Positions 25,684-40,981 of a stretch of 64,000 bases of DNA are shown one piece after another. The notes beneath the pieces were generated by a model. That model was not told the origin of the DNA, did not search any database, and saw only the letters and a program-made list of their open reading frames with translations. Positions within the stretch are counted from its first letter, which is position 1. Every line of letters starts with the position of its first letter. The stretch lies in assembly GCA_964016885.1 (NCBI GenBank), contig OZ024742.1, positions 350,858,001 through 350,922,000 on the forward strand, read 5' to 3'. Source of the DNA: Eledone cirrhosa (taxonomy: Eukaryota). Both the position numbers and the translations under genes were made by a program.

Positions 25684-26285
25684 TATATAGACATATATAT
25701 ATATATATAGACAATATATATATATATAGACAATATATATAGACATATATATATATATAGACAACATATATAGACAATATATATAGACAATATATATAGA
25801 CATATATATAGACAATATATATAGACATATATATATAGACAATATATATATAGACAATATATATATAGACAATATATATAGACAATATATATAGACAATA
25901 TATATAGACAATATATATAGACAATATATAGACAATATATATAGACAATATATATAGACAATATATATAGAAATATATATATATATATAGACATATATAT
26001 ATATAGACATATATATATATAGACATATATATATATATACAATATATATAGACAATATATATAGACAATATATATAGACATATATATATATACAATGTAT
26101 ATATAGAAATATATATATATACAATATATATAGACAAAATATATAGACAATATATATATAGACACATATATATATAGACATATATATATAGACAATATAT
26201 ATAGACATTATATATAGACAATATATATAGACAATATATAGACATATATATATATATAGACATATATATATAGACATATATATAT
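25684..26285. repeat. (TA)n-GAC(A) minisatellite, right part
   Basis: Same unit and orientation as 22922-23586. Confidence 0.95.
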
Positions 26286-26286
26286 A

Positions 26287-26651
26287 ATATGTTGAAAAGT
26301 CAACACACTAGAGAGAGATACAGTGCGCCATCAATAAAACAGGGAAAAACCACCATTGCATGGAATCTATAACCTATGAAAGGCAGAATATAGATACGAT
26401 AATTAAAAATATCAATTAAAGCGTAAATAAATACCTCTATAACTAAATAACACACGTACAAATCCAAAGTGATCTGTTTCGCCAGTAAGTTGTTGACGGA
26501 AATGAAATAACCCAGCTTTAATTTATATTTTTAATTATCGTGTCCATATTCTGCCTGTCATAGGTTATTGATTCCATGCAATGGTGGTTTTTCCCTGTTT
26601 TATTGATGGTGCACTCTATCTCTCTCTAATGTGTTACCTTTTCAACATATT
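26287..26651. repeat. Diverged inverted repeat (~125-bp arms, ~113-bp spacer)
   Basis: aatatgttgaaaag...ataattaaaaatat versus atatttttaattat...cttttcaacatatt. Confidence 0.85.
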
Positions 26652-27341
26652 GTATTTTAAAGTGCCCAGGATTTCCTCTCCTTTGAGCACATTATTTACA
26701 GGGAACGGTGAGAGTCTATGGCTCCGTTAAAGTATCGTGATACATATATATATATACATGTATATAACGAAGGAAGTGTGGTAAGGAACTAGATGGACCA
26801 TAACGCACCAGAGTACTCAATACTTAGGGTAGTAGAGTGGGTAATATTAAAATGTTTAAACTCGACGGCAGAGCTCAAGGTATCTCGGCGGCTATTTCTG
26901 GGCTACTAGTCTAGAAATAGCCGTCTGATTGAACGTTTGAAAGTATATACTTTCATTATGCATATTACCGGCTGAGCAGCCCAATTTGCATATACGTGAG
27001 TTAGTCGGCTGGGCGTACCGAAAACGATAAATGGAAAAGAATGAGATGAAATTTCATTTATCACTCTTAGTACGGCTGATACTTAAATGTAAATATGTAT
27101 ACCTACATACATATATGCATACAGACGTATAGTAGTATGTATATATATACATACATGCACACATATATATATATATGTACGTATGGGTTTACCGAACATT
27201 TATTATAATGTTCGGTTTGTTTGTAAACAAACACCCCGAATTAAGCCGTACAGTGTTCGGCAACGATAGTTGCCCTTTTGTTCAACACTGACAAAGGAAC
27301 TATGAACTAGTTTCAAGCTTATTAGCTATCGTCAGCTTCGG

Positions 27342-27531
27342 ATACCTTCCTGTCAGATGATTGAACGTTTGAAAGTATATTGTTTCCTTATGCATATTAA
27401 CGGCTGAGCAGCCTAATTTTCGGTACGCCCGGCCGACTAACTCACTCGATATGCAAATTAGGCTGCGCAGCCGTTAATATGCATAAGGAAACAATATATT
27501 TTCAAACGTTCAATCATCTGACAGGAAGGTA
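27342..27531. repeat. Inverted repeat (~77-bp arms); related direct copy at ~26925-27025
   Basis: ataccttcctgtcagatgattgaacg... versus ...cgttcaatcatctgacaggaaggtat. Confidence 0.85.
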
Positions 27532-28002
27532 TATATGTGTGTGTGTGAGTGTGTGTATGTGTGTGTGTGTGTATATATATTAATTAAAATAGCAGATTAA
27601 ATAATTAATCAAAGAATCGCTGCTTTCACCACTAACAGGATCTTCTGAAACTAAAAAAAATCAATCTGTGAACGCAGAAGTAAATATTTCGAAAAACGTT
27701 GCAACCGAAGGGAAACAGGAAGACGAAAGTATGCACTAGTCCAGAAATAGCCGTCGAAACGGCTTGAGCTCTGCCGTCGGGGTCAAATATTTTCTACTAC
27801 CCTAAGTATTGAGTACTCTGGTGCGTTATGGTCCATCTGGTTCCTTATCACACATCCTTCGTTATATATATATATATTGGAAAATGTAGTGTTAAAAAAT
27901 GTATGACTTAATGTTGACGGCCGATTCGAAACGTCGCCGCACGGCCTGCAAACTCATCGGCTAGATCCTAGGACCTAATGGACCGTTCGATCGGTAGTAG
28001 CG

Positions 28003-28562
28003 TCGATAAGCTGTCCTGCGATCGGTTTTTTTCCCTTTTTCTTCGAGCTCGGGCTTCCTTTGCCGTTGCCGTCTTCGTCGTCTTTCGCCATTCGAACTTT
28101 CGAGTTAGTTTGCGGAGGCTGCGCTGGCGGCGGCGGTCGGTTTTTCGAGCTCGGGAGTGGGGAGTGGCGCGAACAGCCCCGGCGTCGGCACGTCGTCGCG
28201 TCCGGGCCAGTCGGTTAGCGAACGCAGCGCTTCTTAAAGGGACGGGCGGCAGTAATCCGCACGAGGCGGACCGATAACAGGTCTGTGATGCCCTTAGATG
28301 TGCGGGGCCGCACGCGCGCTACACGAGAGGGTCGGGAAACTCTGAACCACGTCCCGTGATAGGGATCGGGGCCTGGATGCAACCCCGTGAACGAGGAATT
28401 ACCGGTAGGCGCGGGTCATCAGCCCGCGTCGGTCACGTCCCTGCCTTTTGTACACAATGCCCGTCGCCACTGCCGATCGAACGGTCCGGTGAGTCCTCGG
28501 ATCTGGCTGACAATTTCGCAGGCCAGCGGCGGCGTTTCGGATCGGCCGTCAACTGGATCTTA
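28003..28562 (+). pseudogene. 18S rRNA pseudogene fragment (3' region, ~V7-V9), with an inverted copy of its 3' end at 27913-28002
   Basis: Universal 18S motifs ataacaggtctgtgatgcccttagatg, gccgcacgcgcgctacac, gaacgaggaatt, gtccctgccttttgtacaca..gcccgtcgc. Degenerate and isolated from other rDNA. Confidence 0.9.
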
Positions 28563-28689
28563 TTATATTATAATATTATAATATTATATTATAACATAAT
28601 ATCATAATATTATCTGGCCTTGTGCCTAAAGTAGAAACAATTATATTATGACATGAATTTTTTAACACTACAAGTGAAAACATTCTTTT

Positions 28690-28857
28690 AGAGGATCGGA
28701 CGCCATGGTTTCCAGCATAGTTACGTCCCTTTACGGTCTGAGTTCAAATCCCGCCGAGGTTGACTTTGCCTTTCATCCTTACGGGGTCGATAAAATAAAG
28801 TATCAGAAATGCACTGGTTAATTGCTGGCCTTGTGCCTAAAGCAGAAACAATTATTT
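28690..28857 (+). mobile_element. SINE (same family); further copies at 8645-8725, 18905-19035, 29603-29790 (-), 45760-45955 (-)
   Basis: ctgagttcaaatcccgccgaggtt..ctttgcctttcatccttacggggtcgataaaataaag. Confidence 0.85.
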
Positions 28858-28858
28858 G

Positions 28859-28912
<54 letters not shown>

Positions 28913-28916
<4 letters not shown>

Positions 28917-29530
28917 CGAAGGAAATGTGGTAAGGAACCAGGTGGACCATAACGCACCAGAGTACTCAATACTTAGGGTAGTAGAGTGGGTAATAGGAAA
29001 AAGTAAGACCCCCCAAAAAATTTTTTTAATTTATTTATCTATTCTTTTATTCACTTATTTGTTTATTTATTTATTTATGTATTTCTTCAGCCTAGCAATA
29101 GCGAGAGTCTTAAGTCTTAGTAACCAGATTTTGCTTATATTTTTTTTCTCTCTCAGTACCTTTTACAGTTTTACCTTTCATTGCTCTACTTACCGTTTCG
29201 ACCACTTCCCCCCCCCCCTCCCCAGTATCCTCTTTGACCTCACACCCAGCTGTAGCTGGCACTACCAACGCATGAATGGGTCTACTCCACCCCCTCTCCC
29301 CTTTTTCTCCTACTGGCAGGTTTAGCTACCCCTTCCCCCACCAACTTGCCATCACAGATTTACTACTAACTTGTGATGTGACCAATCCTGGTGATTATCT
29401 CTTTGACCATATATGGAATTACCCCTTGATAAGTTCGGCTATTTAAATACCAGAATTAATTTTTCATTCAGTACAGAATTAGCCGTCGAAACGGCTTGAG
29501 CTCAGCCGTCGGGGTCTTACTTGTTCCTAT
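28913..29530. mobile_element. Short PLE-like element with inverted ends; family fragments at 20810-21010, 26765-26925, 27737-27865, 58700-58855
   Basis: Left end ...aagtaagacccc is the reverse complement of right end ggggtcttactt. Flanked by (TA)n. Confidence 0.7.
29421..29515 (+). ncRNA. Type I hammerhead ribozyme, U3-A8 variant with long stem III
   Basis: acccc-TTGATAA-gttcggcta...tagccgtc-GAAAC-ggcttgagctcagcc-GTC-ggggt. Confidence 0.8.
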
Positions 29531-31535
29531 ATATATATATATCTTGATTTCCTTTTGTTCTTGTATGTGTAAAAAGACGTACTCTATCGAAGGAGATATT
29601 TAATAATTCTTTCTACATTTGGCACAAGGCCAGCAATCAACCAGTGTATTACAGGTACTTTATTTTATCGACCCCATAAGGATGAAAGGCTAAGTTAACC
29701 TCGGCGGGATTTGAACTCAGAATGGAAAGGGCCGTAATTCTTTGCGTCAAGCATGGCGTCCGATCCTATACCGATACTGCCAATCCACTGTTAATAAAAA
29801 CCTACAACTTATGATTTATTATGAATGTAAGAATATTTTTCTCCGCATTTCTTCCAAATGAATTTGGAAACAGACTTGAGACCTTAGTTTAGAGTGAAAG
29901 GAATTGTTCTCTATACAAAATTATCCTGATTTTATAATCTTGCATACTGATACGTATTAAAATATATCATAACTAGCAAAGCCTGTGTTTACACAATACC
30001 AGTTGTTATTGTTAGGATCTATCTTATTAATCCTTGCTTGTACAAGAGAGCTTATCTTTTATTAATGTCATGTTATATCTTACAAATTCTTTATTTTCAT
30101 ATCTGTCCATCTAATTCTTTGTGCTATGATACACTTTAATAATTCTTAGTTTTGTACACAGGCGTTGCTAATACCTATTGTAATTCTACTAATTCTTACT
30201 TTCATAAGCTGGATTATAAATTCTTTGCTTATTTCTGGATTACAAAGCACTGTTAGACTGTATCTAATCAATTCTAAGATTGGCTATCTGGTTTATCAGT
30301 TTTTGAAGTTAGGTTAGTAACACTAATGTTAGTGTTATTGTTTTCATATGGAACATATTCGAACTATTTGGTGTTTACGTTGTCGTGATCGAATTTAACA
30401 TTAGCCGCTTATTAAGGTTTTCTATTGAAAACTTAAGCATGTATTTCCTTCAAATCTGAACGGTATCCAGTTAGAATAGTATAAAACCGATTATATACAT
30501 TTGTCTACAGACAAGATACCACCAATCACTATTAAACTCACTTAATGAAATAATTAAAATCACGCTGAAATAATGTATATTTAAAACGTAATACATTCGT
30601 TTGTCTACAGATAGGTAATCACCATGCACTATTAAACATAATGTAATAAATGAACTTTCAAATATTTTGATTTAAATAAAAATATAATAATAAACATTAT
30701 ATTCGGTGTCTAGGGTGCTAAATGGTTGTGATAGTCACATGTAATAGAATTAACTCCCCGCCGTCTCTGAGACTGTAATAAAGAGATACTCTAATGAATT
30801 TGGTCGCCACAGACGTACCCCATCGTGTGAATAAACCGGAACAAGGAAACGGCGCGAAACCACTGTCTCTGCTAACAAACATTCACACTATAGGACCATA
30901 TATACGTTTATATATAATTAAACGAAATCAGTGAATTTAAGTCTTTTCAGCGAAATAAATAAACTGAGTGTGCCACGAAAGACATATTGCTTTACACGGT
31001 AAACGAGACAGTTCCATAATAGATAAGTATCGATTACCTACTTTTTTAGTTTGGAAATATATGTATAATGTTCGCGTTTCATGAGAAATTGTGACAATGA
31101 TCAGTCTATCTGCTATGCGTGTCTTTGTCTGAGATGACTATGCAGTAAAATACATCAATATTTTCTAAGTGCATAAATGATTGTATTTAGTTTGAGAACC
31201 TACAATAAATTAATGAATAACGAAAGCAAAATTATATAACACAAGTAAATAAATTCATGAACAGAAAATAATAACAGATTGAATTAAGTAAACAAGAGAA
31301 AATTGCAGATCATTAAATAAAAGAGTCTCTAAGGAAAATAGGTGAGAACGTCGCACGACAGTTGTAAACAGCAATTATATATTGATTTAATGTAGCGACA
31401 ACGCCAAATATTAATAGACGTTTATGTAAAATTACATTTTATTTATCTCTGGGTAGATATTAGTGGTATAAAGATATTGAATATGTAACAATACAGAATC
31501 ATAACGTAGTGTGTAGAGATAAATATATGCATACA

Positions 31536-31597
<62 letters not shown>

Positions 31598-31816
31598 GAT
31601 AACAATTTATCGTTTTAGGTAATCCAGTTAGAGGTTGTGAGTACATTGTACTGTGGATAGTTTTAAAATACGGCGTTGTTTGACTCAACAACAGGTTTCC
31701 TTAGTTAGGTAGCAAGTTGCGAGAATTCCCATGCAGGTTATTCTTGGAGTAACAGTGGTGAAAGAGTGAAAATGTACATGGTCGGCTATACAAACTGAAA
31801 CACACACACATGCATA

Positions 31817-31881
<65 letters not shown>

Positions 31882-32001
31882 ATGTTTTGTGTGTGTAGAT
31901 GCGAGAAAAGCCACAAACCCATCTCAATTCTACTTTTGAAAAGCAGAAGAACTGTGAAGCTGTTAAAGGAACCAAATAAATATTCTTAAACATACTTCAG
32001 T

Positions 32002-32050
<49 letters not shown>

Positions 32051-32093
32051 GGGGTAACAGATTTTTTGTATAGCAAAACGTGTCACTCTTCCT

Positions 32094-32185
<92 letters not shown>

Positions 32186-32844
32186 CATATATGACGACAT
32201 AGTCACATATATGTTATGAAATACTGTTAGCTTCTCGCTAAAACAATTTCTATACCTTTCATTTATATTTATACTCGGATTTTTTTCCTTGAGTGCTTAA
32301 ATTATCTGTGACTAATTCCGCCGGTTTTTTTAAATAAAAACTGCGATAATATTGCTGTTTGCTGAACTCCTTTTGTAGAGTTTTTTTCGGAATGTATTTG
32401 ACTGTTATTTCTTGTAAACAAACATTCATTTTCATCCTGACGCCACTAGCCCCGTTTTTCCTCATGTGCGTTTTTCATAATCACGCATGATGGTGAACTA
32501 GCCAGTTTTAGAATTCCCTTTTTGGCTTATAATTCTGTGAGAGCCCTGGTTATCTGTTGAGCTCTGCTGACGAAGAATTCTTACCGTGACCATCTCCACT
32601 GAAAGTTTTCATGAAATAGTCTTTAAGACTATACAGAGCATTTGATGTTTTTCCAAATTGAAGGATAAGTATTTTAGACTTTTATCTTATCATGAGTTAA
32701 GGGTCTATTGATTTTTTCCTGGATTTCACTAAATTCTGTGGATGAATTTATATCCTGATCCTCTTTTGAGATAGGTTTGATTTATTTTTCCTACATTTTA
32801 CGTTAACTATTTTTCCCATCTTGACGACATAGTCTATACCTTTC

Positions 32845-33977
<1,133 letters not shown>

Positions 33978-35036
33978 GACAGAGAGAGAGAGAGAGATAG
34001 ATATATGCATATAAATACATATATAAACATAGACCAACACATATGTACATATATGCAAACGCAAGCGCAACCTCACACACGCATATATATGCATATCTGG
34101 ATATATATATATGCACATGTATATGCATATATATTTATGTTTATATATAATACGCAGACACACATATACATGTAATATTGTCATCTCAACGTAGATATAT
34201 ATAATTATAGTTGACCATGATAGATAATAATTGAAAAGTTCCGACTCAAGTATTCCTGAATCATCCATCATAATTCTTTATATCTTAAAATAATGGTGTC
34301 GTGTTGACTGCTTATATAATAGGTGCTATGCATCACAGAATGTTGAATACTAGTTAATATATATTTGTAGAAAGTTACACTTCACTCTGAGTCATTTTAT
34401 TTCAAGTTTCTTTTCAAATATAATGTAGAATTTCTGTTTTAGACATGAGACACGAAAGCCATAAGGAAAAGATGGGAGCTGAACCCAATTTCACTGAAAC
34501 TGTCAATACATTAATTGACCACATGTACGATACTATACAAGTGAATTACATCTGGAATATTACTTAATCCATCATTGAGAAAACATATTGATCTATGGGG
34601 TTGACATATTACTATTTGTATTTCGTCGATTCATTTTACTTTCTCATTTGTAGTTTCATATAATTAGAGAAATACCTTTTAGTTCCATTGACGTTCTACT
34701 AACGCAGGAAATCCGTTAAAACGTTAACTAACTACAATGAGGTTATTTTATGACAAGCAAAAATAGAATCTCACCAGATTTATATATCTGAATTATTCAT
34801 ACTATAAACTTGATCTAAATGAAGAAAATAAGGGCTTGCTAATAATTTTGTGATTAAGATCTCCACATATTATCTGAGATGCACATTAATAAGAAATATA
34901 TATTCTGAAGAAAAATTCATATTAGTCCTTAATATTAGAACTTGCTTAGAAGGTAATATAAACAGCCCACCCCCCAATATATACAACACTCCAACAGCCT
35001 TCTAATGAACATGTGTATACATTTCTTTGGAACACG

Positions 35037-35083
<47 letters not shown>

Positions 35084-35113
35084 AAGTGGTTATACAACAG
35101 TTTTTCCACCATA

Positions 35114-35153
35114 CCGAGAACAATTGTTTCACCTTCGCGGATCTTCAGCTCGG
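35114..35153 (-). ncRNA. Minimal type I hammerhead ribozyme
   Basis: Reverse complement: ccgag-CTGAAGA-tccgcgaaggt-GAAAC-aatt-GTT-ctcgg. The surrounding 35081-35220 matches the 3' UTR of the GIY-YIG fragment at 42340-42465. Confidence 0.75.
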
Positions 35154-35477
35154 GATGTGTATGGTTATAGGAACAGAAAGGACAACCGTACGAACGGGCA
35201 TGCGCAGAAACTCGATCACTTCACACATATATTTAATATGGAAAAGCTTATACAGGACTAGAAATCTCTCATTCGGGAGAAACAAACAGGAAGCTGACTG
35301 TCCAAGTAATACGGTGGAATTTATATCTTTTCTGATGGTAGGAGAGGGTGGCAGAGAACCTCTCCTACCACCAGAAAAGATATAAATACCATCTTATTAC
35401 TTGAACAGTCAGCTACCTGATGATTTCGCCCGAATGGAAGAGTTCTGGATGGAACCCGGGATAAACTTATATATATG

Positions 35478-35558
<81 letters not shown>

Positions 35559-35695
35559 GGAGAATAGGATTGGCTGTGTAGTTGGTAGTTAAATGTAGCT
35601 GTGTAGTTGGGTGGAAATATCCGAGACCCCCAGTAGACAACTGATGAGGAACTCCCCTCTCCGTTCTTGCTTTCTTCTTATTCTCACTCCATTTT

Positions 35696-35733
<38 letters not shown>

Positions 35734-36249
35734 TATATATATATTTATATATTTATATATTTATATACATATATGAGGGCGACCGGCTAAAGTGGAAGAT
35801 GATAGATGGACGGTCGTCCTCCTGTCTTTGATTTTCAGCCCCATGTATTTTACCTATTACATTCATTTATCGTATTTCGAATACCTGATGCTATCACCGG
35901 ATTCATACGGAACCCGGTCATTGAAATGATCATAGTATAATAAACCTTTCAAGGACTTACACAAGTCCAGCCTCCTGTCATTTTAATATAATATTTAACT
36001 CCGTACTATCACTAGCAACTACAAAAACGAAGACGGTTGAACTGCTTTACGTTGAGTACTCTCCATATTATTATATTAAGTTTGACCATACGGCATTGAC
36101 CAGCTCTATCCAGTGGTGAACCTTAAAACCTGAATAAATAAAAATATATATATATATATATATGTAGGAGGTGAGTTTTATTGTAGTACAATAAAGCAAT
36201 GCAGATATCGGATAAGAAGCACTCTACAGTTTGTAGGACTGGAGTATGC

Positions 36250-36579
36250 ATAATATAAGATCAAAAGATGGTTAAAGGAGTTCCATATATTTTATTATGC
36301 GCATTTCAAAAACAAACATCATCATGCAATAATATTTGTGTTTTCATCAGATAAAACAGGAGAACATGATATGAAGGCTAAAAAACACTTGTGGATAGTG
36401 CAGTTTTAAATCAACATATATGTTGATTTAAAACTGCACTATCCACAAGTGTTTTTTAGCCTTCATATCATGTTCTCCTGTTTTATCTGATGAAAACACA
36501 AATATTATTGCATGATGATGTTTGTTTTTGAAATGCGCATAATAAAATACATGGAACTCCTTAAAACATCTTTTGATCT

Positions 36580-36587
<8 letters not shown>
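36250..36587. repeat. Near-perfect spacerless palindrome (169-bp arms)
   Basis: Centre caacata|tatgttg at 36418/36419. Right end runs into (TA)n. Confidence 0.95.
36481..36547 (+). ncRNA. Type I hammerhead ribozyme (mirror copy at 36290-36356 on -)
   Basis: ttttat-CTGATGA-aaacacaaatatta...tgatgtttgttttt-GAAA-tgcgca-TA-ataaaa. Confidence 0.8.
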
Positions 36588-36629
<42 letters not shown>

Positions 36630-36914
36630 ATGCAGTACAAAGAAATATGTTTTACTTATCATGAAAGGGAATATTTGAAACAGATACTGAGACAGTGATA
36701 TCACAACTGGAAAAAGCACTGATTTTCCCCGAGAAAAAAGAAAAAGGGAACAAAACTTATAAAAGTAATTAGAATTTAAAAGAAAACTTAAGAACAATTG
36801 AATGTTTGAATGTATTTATGGAAAAGATAAATCTCTGATCATTATATCGTATCCAATCAGTTTGTGATTGAATAGAGCTGGGGGAGGCCATCAGAAATTT
36901 ATCCACATTCATAA

Positions 36915-38992
36915 TCGTTTCTGATTCAGGCACAAGGGTAACAATGTTGGTGTTAGGAAAACTCGATTAAATCAATATAAATGCATTACTGGTGTTTTAT
37001 TTTATTAAACGTGTGCGTATAAATGGTAAAGCTAACGTCGGCGAGATATAAATTCAGAATGTAAAGGGCCGTAACTCAAAATCGCAAAGCATTCCACCTG
37101 ATGGTCTACCAATACTGTCGCAATCCACCGCAATAATAATAATAATGGCTTCCGGTTTAGGCACATGGTCAACTCGATTAAATGTACCCGATTTCATTAC
37201 TGGTACTTTATTTTTTGAAACTTATAAAAGACAAAATTAAACATCGGTTGGATTTAAACTAAGGACGTAAATGGGTGTAACTCTATGTCGCAAAGCATGT
37301 TGTCCGATGCTCTACCGATACTGCGAAACCACCTCTCTTATACCGTTTATAAATGAGAGAAATACAACTTCGTATAAATGATCCTGAAGTTAACATTCTT
37401 GAGGAAATAATTGTTTCTACTGTTGGCACAAGGCCAGCAATTATCGCAGTGCATTACTGGTGCTTTATTTTAGCGACCCCGTAATTATGAAAGGCAAAGT
37501 GAACCTCGGCGGGATTTGAACTCAGACTATAAAGGGACGTAACTCTTTGCTAAGCATGGCACCAGACCCTCTACCGATACTGCCAATCCACCGCCCTTTC
37601 TTGAGGAAATAATATTGCATGGATCGCGTTACGCTGAATGAAAGAGATGAATTCAGTAAAAATGTTGAAGTAACAATGGGATCAATATTGAACGACAAAC
37701 AAAAAACACACAAAAAAATCTCAAACAAAGAAAACAGAAGTGTCTTTATTGAAATGATAAAGAGCAATGGTAGACACAATATAAATAGATTTCTATATAT
37801 TTCTTAAATATAGGTGTTTTACAACAAAACTCATATGGTCAACACTAAGTTACCGGTTACATAGCCGGCGAGGAACTTCTCGTATAGTTTGTTTAAAATA
37901 CGATTCTTAAGAGACTGAGATTTATTTCAAATAACCGTCATGTTAAAATAACTTGTTCATCATTTGAAACAAAACACACGAATAAAGATACATAGATGTT
38001 ATAAAGTCTGATATTTATCATAAATTCTAATTATATTTTTGACATCAAATCTAATTACTCGAGTATTGGAACACAAATAAACATCTGGTATTAATATTTG
38101 GAATTTGAGCTCATACAGCATTGGAGCACATCCTTATTTAATTAGTATGTGAAATATCTTAATATTGTTAAGTAGTTATGTTGTAATTATTTTCCATTTC
38201 TTTGATTCCTTATATAATTCTGCTATAATACCATGGCTGTCGATGTATAAAGCTGATCTCCTAATTAGCTGAATGTGTGAACTCATTGCCATCACAGCCG
38301 ATTAATTTTCTTACTTCATAAAAGTTGGTGACAAAATATTGATTGCTTAGATAAGCAGAGGCCGATAACTTTCGAGGAATATTCCAGTTCATTATATTGA
38401 AACGAAAGGAAAACAAAGAAAAATGGCAGTTGATTGACAGAACCGTTAGTCAGATTAAATGCTGTATCGGCAGAACGATGTGGAGTTATCTCCCTTTACG
38501 TTATGAGCTGAAATCCCTCCGAGGTTATCATTGCATTTCATCCTTATAGGGTCGATAAAATATAGTATCAGTAATGCAATGGATGTGATTTAATCGACAT
38601 TCTCTTCCCCCAAAAATGTTGGTCGGGTGCCTAAATCAGAAAACATTATTTCTTTACAAGGGTGGTGGATTGGCAGTTTCGGTAGAGGGTCGGACGCCAT
38701 GCTTTGCCATTCTGAGTTCAAATACCGCCGAGGTTAACTTTGCCTTTCATCCTTCTAGGGTCGATAAAATAAAATACCAGTAATGCACTTGGTAATTGCT
38801 GGCCTTGTGTCAACTGTAGAAACAATTATTTCGTTACAACTGTTTGTGTTGTGAGTTCAAATCTCATTGAGGACAAGTTTGCCTTTCGTTCATCCGGGGT
38901 CGAAAAAAGTACCAGTCAAGCACTAGGGTAAATATAATCGACGTTCCTATTCCGTCCTATATCTTGTCCTGTGTCTCAATTAGAAACAATAA
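36915..38992. mobile_element. Cluster of about six SINE copies of different ages (36915-37130, 37148-37335, 37412-37597 on -; 38430-38645, 38660-38824, 38850-38992 on +)
   Basis: Family motifs. TSD ttcttgaggaaataat at 37396-37411 and 37598-37613; TSD attatttc(t/g)ttacaa at 38645-38659 and 38825-38839. Confidence 0.85.
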
Positions 38993-40857
38993 TATAGATA
39001 CGAATATTACAAACGTCCTTGCTTTAGTGACACCTCAAATATGAACAGCAAATATATTTTCCGTAGGAATTTAATTTATAATATTATTGACTGTAATTAT
39101 ATTCATTAAGCTTACTTACGAAGATTTGTCGAATGAGGTCACCCACAGTCATTTAGGTAGCAAAAATACCTGGGATTATATCTACATAACTCATCTTAAA
39201 CATATCAAATGAAGAGCCATGCTATTTGAATCCAGAGTCATGCAATATACTAGATGCCGTGTTTATTGTATTGTTTCACATATTATACATTCAATTATAA
39301 AAATTCCTCTTATGTTTTTCTCTGCGTGCTCTCTATACATTCATTATGGTTATATCAATAAACTAAACATAACACAAGATTTACTGTGTGTTCAGTTACA
39401 ATTGAAGCATGTGAATATGTTAAAATAAGAAATCGTGAACATGCAACATATATTTCTTTGTAGATAGTACAAAACTGACAATACATTGTCCGAAACGTTG
39501 CAGCAAAGGCTACAATTCTTTAACTATATGCTCCAAAATATGTGAACTTGTGCCACTAAAAAAGAGACCTGATGTAGCTATGTCATTATATATTGATGGC
39601 TCTATACTTTCTGAGTAGCAATGATCATCTCTTCATTTAATCCTGACTTCAAAAGGTCTGTTATTTCATTAGATTCAGGTGGGATTAATACGAGTACAAT
39701 CAAGTACTGGCATTGATTTAATGGAATTAATATTTACACCCAAATACTTTCCTTATTGTAGAAATAAATATTATCTGCAAGTGCCCACGATTCAAATCGA
39801 AGAAATAGTAGAAGATATGTGAATCATTGTCAAATGTAAATCCGCTGCTAAAATAAATAGTAAGCTGTACTCAAGGATTTTGTTTCCCTAACAATCAAAG
39901 ATTCTGAATATAATTAAAACCTGATGAACAATGTTAGTTCAGCAAAGGATAATAATCCTCGAACCCCTTTCTATTTATGAGTATAATGATATATGTATCC
40001 ATTGTCATACATCCAGTGTTAGAAATATGTAGCAGCGTCGGTTATACTTTTAATTTATATTTTATATAAGATACTAATAACATAAAAGCTTATTAAATGT
40101 ATTATAGCATTAAAAACGTATACGATAATTCTACATATACCTACTATGTTATGTATTACTATGTTATAATGTTTCTGAATTACCAGGTATGTATCGCCGA
40201 GTCGATAATATGAACTGATATTCAAAACATATCTACATGAAAATATGACTGAACCTGATATCTCTATAATCGAGGCTTTGGGAAATCATAGTCTTACATA
40301 TTCTCCTAACATGTTCCCTTAAATCCCTACAGAAACATAGATAAATTCAGATATAGACTAGAGGATTTCGTGTAAACTGAACATTTTTATTTATAACGTA
40401 AACATTTAAGGACAGAAAACGCTTTGATTTAATCCTCTCCAGTCAAAGGAAAACAAGAAAGCATGATCGCTTTACAGCTACCGACCAAAACATCATTCAT
40501 ATTGCAATCCTGGAGTATTAATGTTCAACTGGGATTAATCAGATCATGTCGAAAATCCTATATATTCCGATTATTTTAAATCCCTAAGGTCATCGAGTAA
40601 AAACGAGTGGTTTGTGTGTAACCTGTGATTTAGTATTAAACTTGATTCCTTGTGTGATCCTCAGAAATCTAAGGTTAACTATAGATGATCACAAAAGCAG
40701 TTTGTATACGTCCACACTAAGCACAAACAAACACACATATGCACACGTTTATCCATAGATATGTACATATATAAATACATAAAAAACGTACATATAGATT
40801 CACACAAATATACGCCTGAAATCAAAATAACAGCACAAACGCACACAAACACGCACA

Positions 40858-40943
<86 letters not shown>

Positions 40944-40946
40944 CAT

Positions 40947-40981
<35 letters not shown>

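Noticed and set aside
22781-26277. Long [12 protein letters not shown] ORFs and CRISPR-like periodicity
   Set aside because: Minisatellite with no unique spacers and no cas genes, in a eukaryotic context.
27978-28607. GC-rich ORFs or a functional rRNA gene
   Set aside because: The ORFs overlap 18S-derived sequence, and the fragment is partial, mutated and lacks the rest of the rDNA unit.
35641-35670. CTGATGA motif (also 14243 and 16348) as hammerheads
   Set aside because: Missing or mutated GAAA or stems; at best decayed relics.
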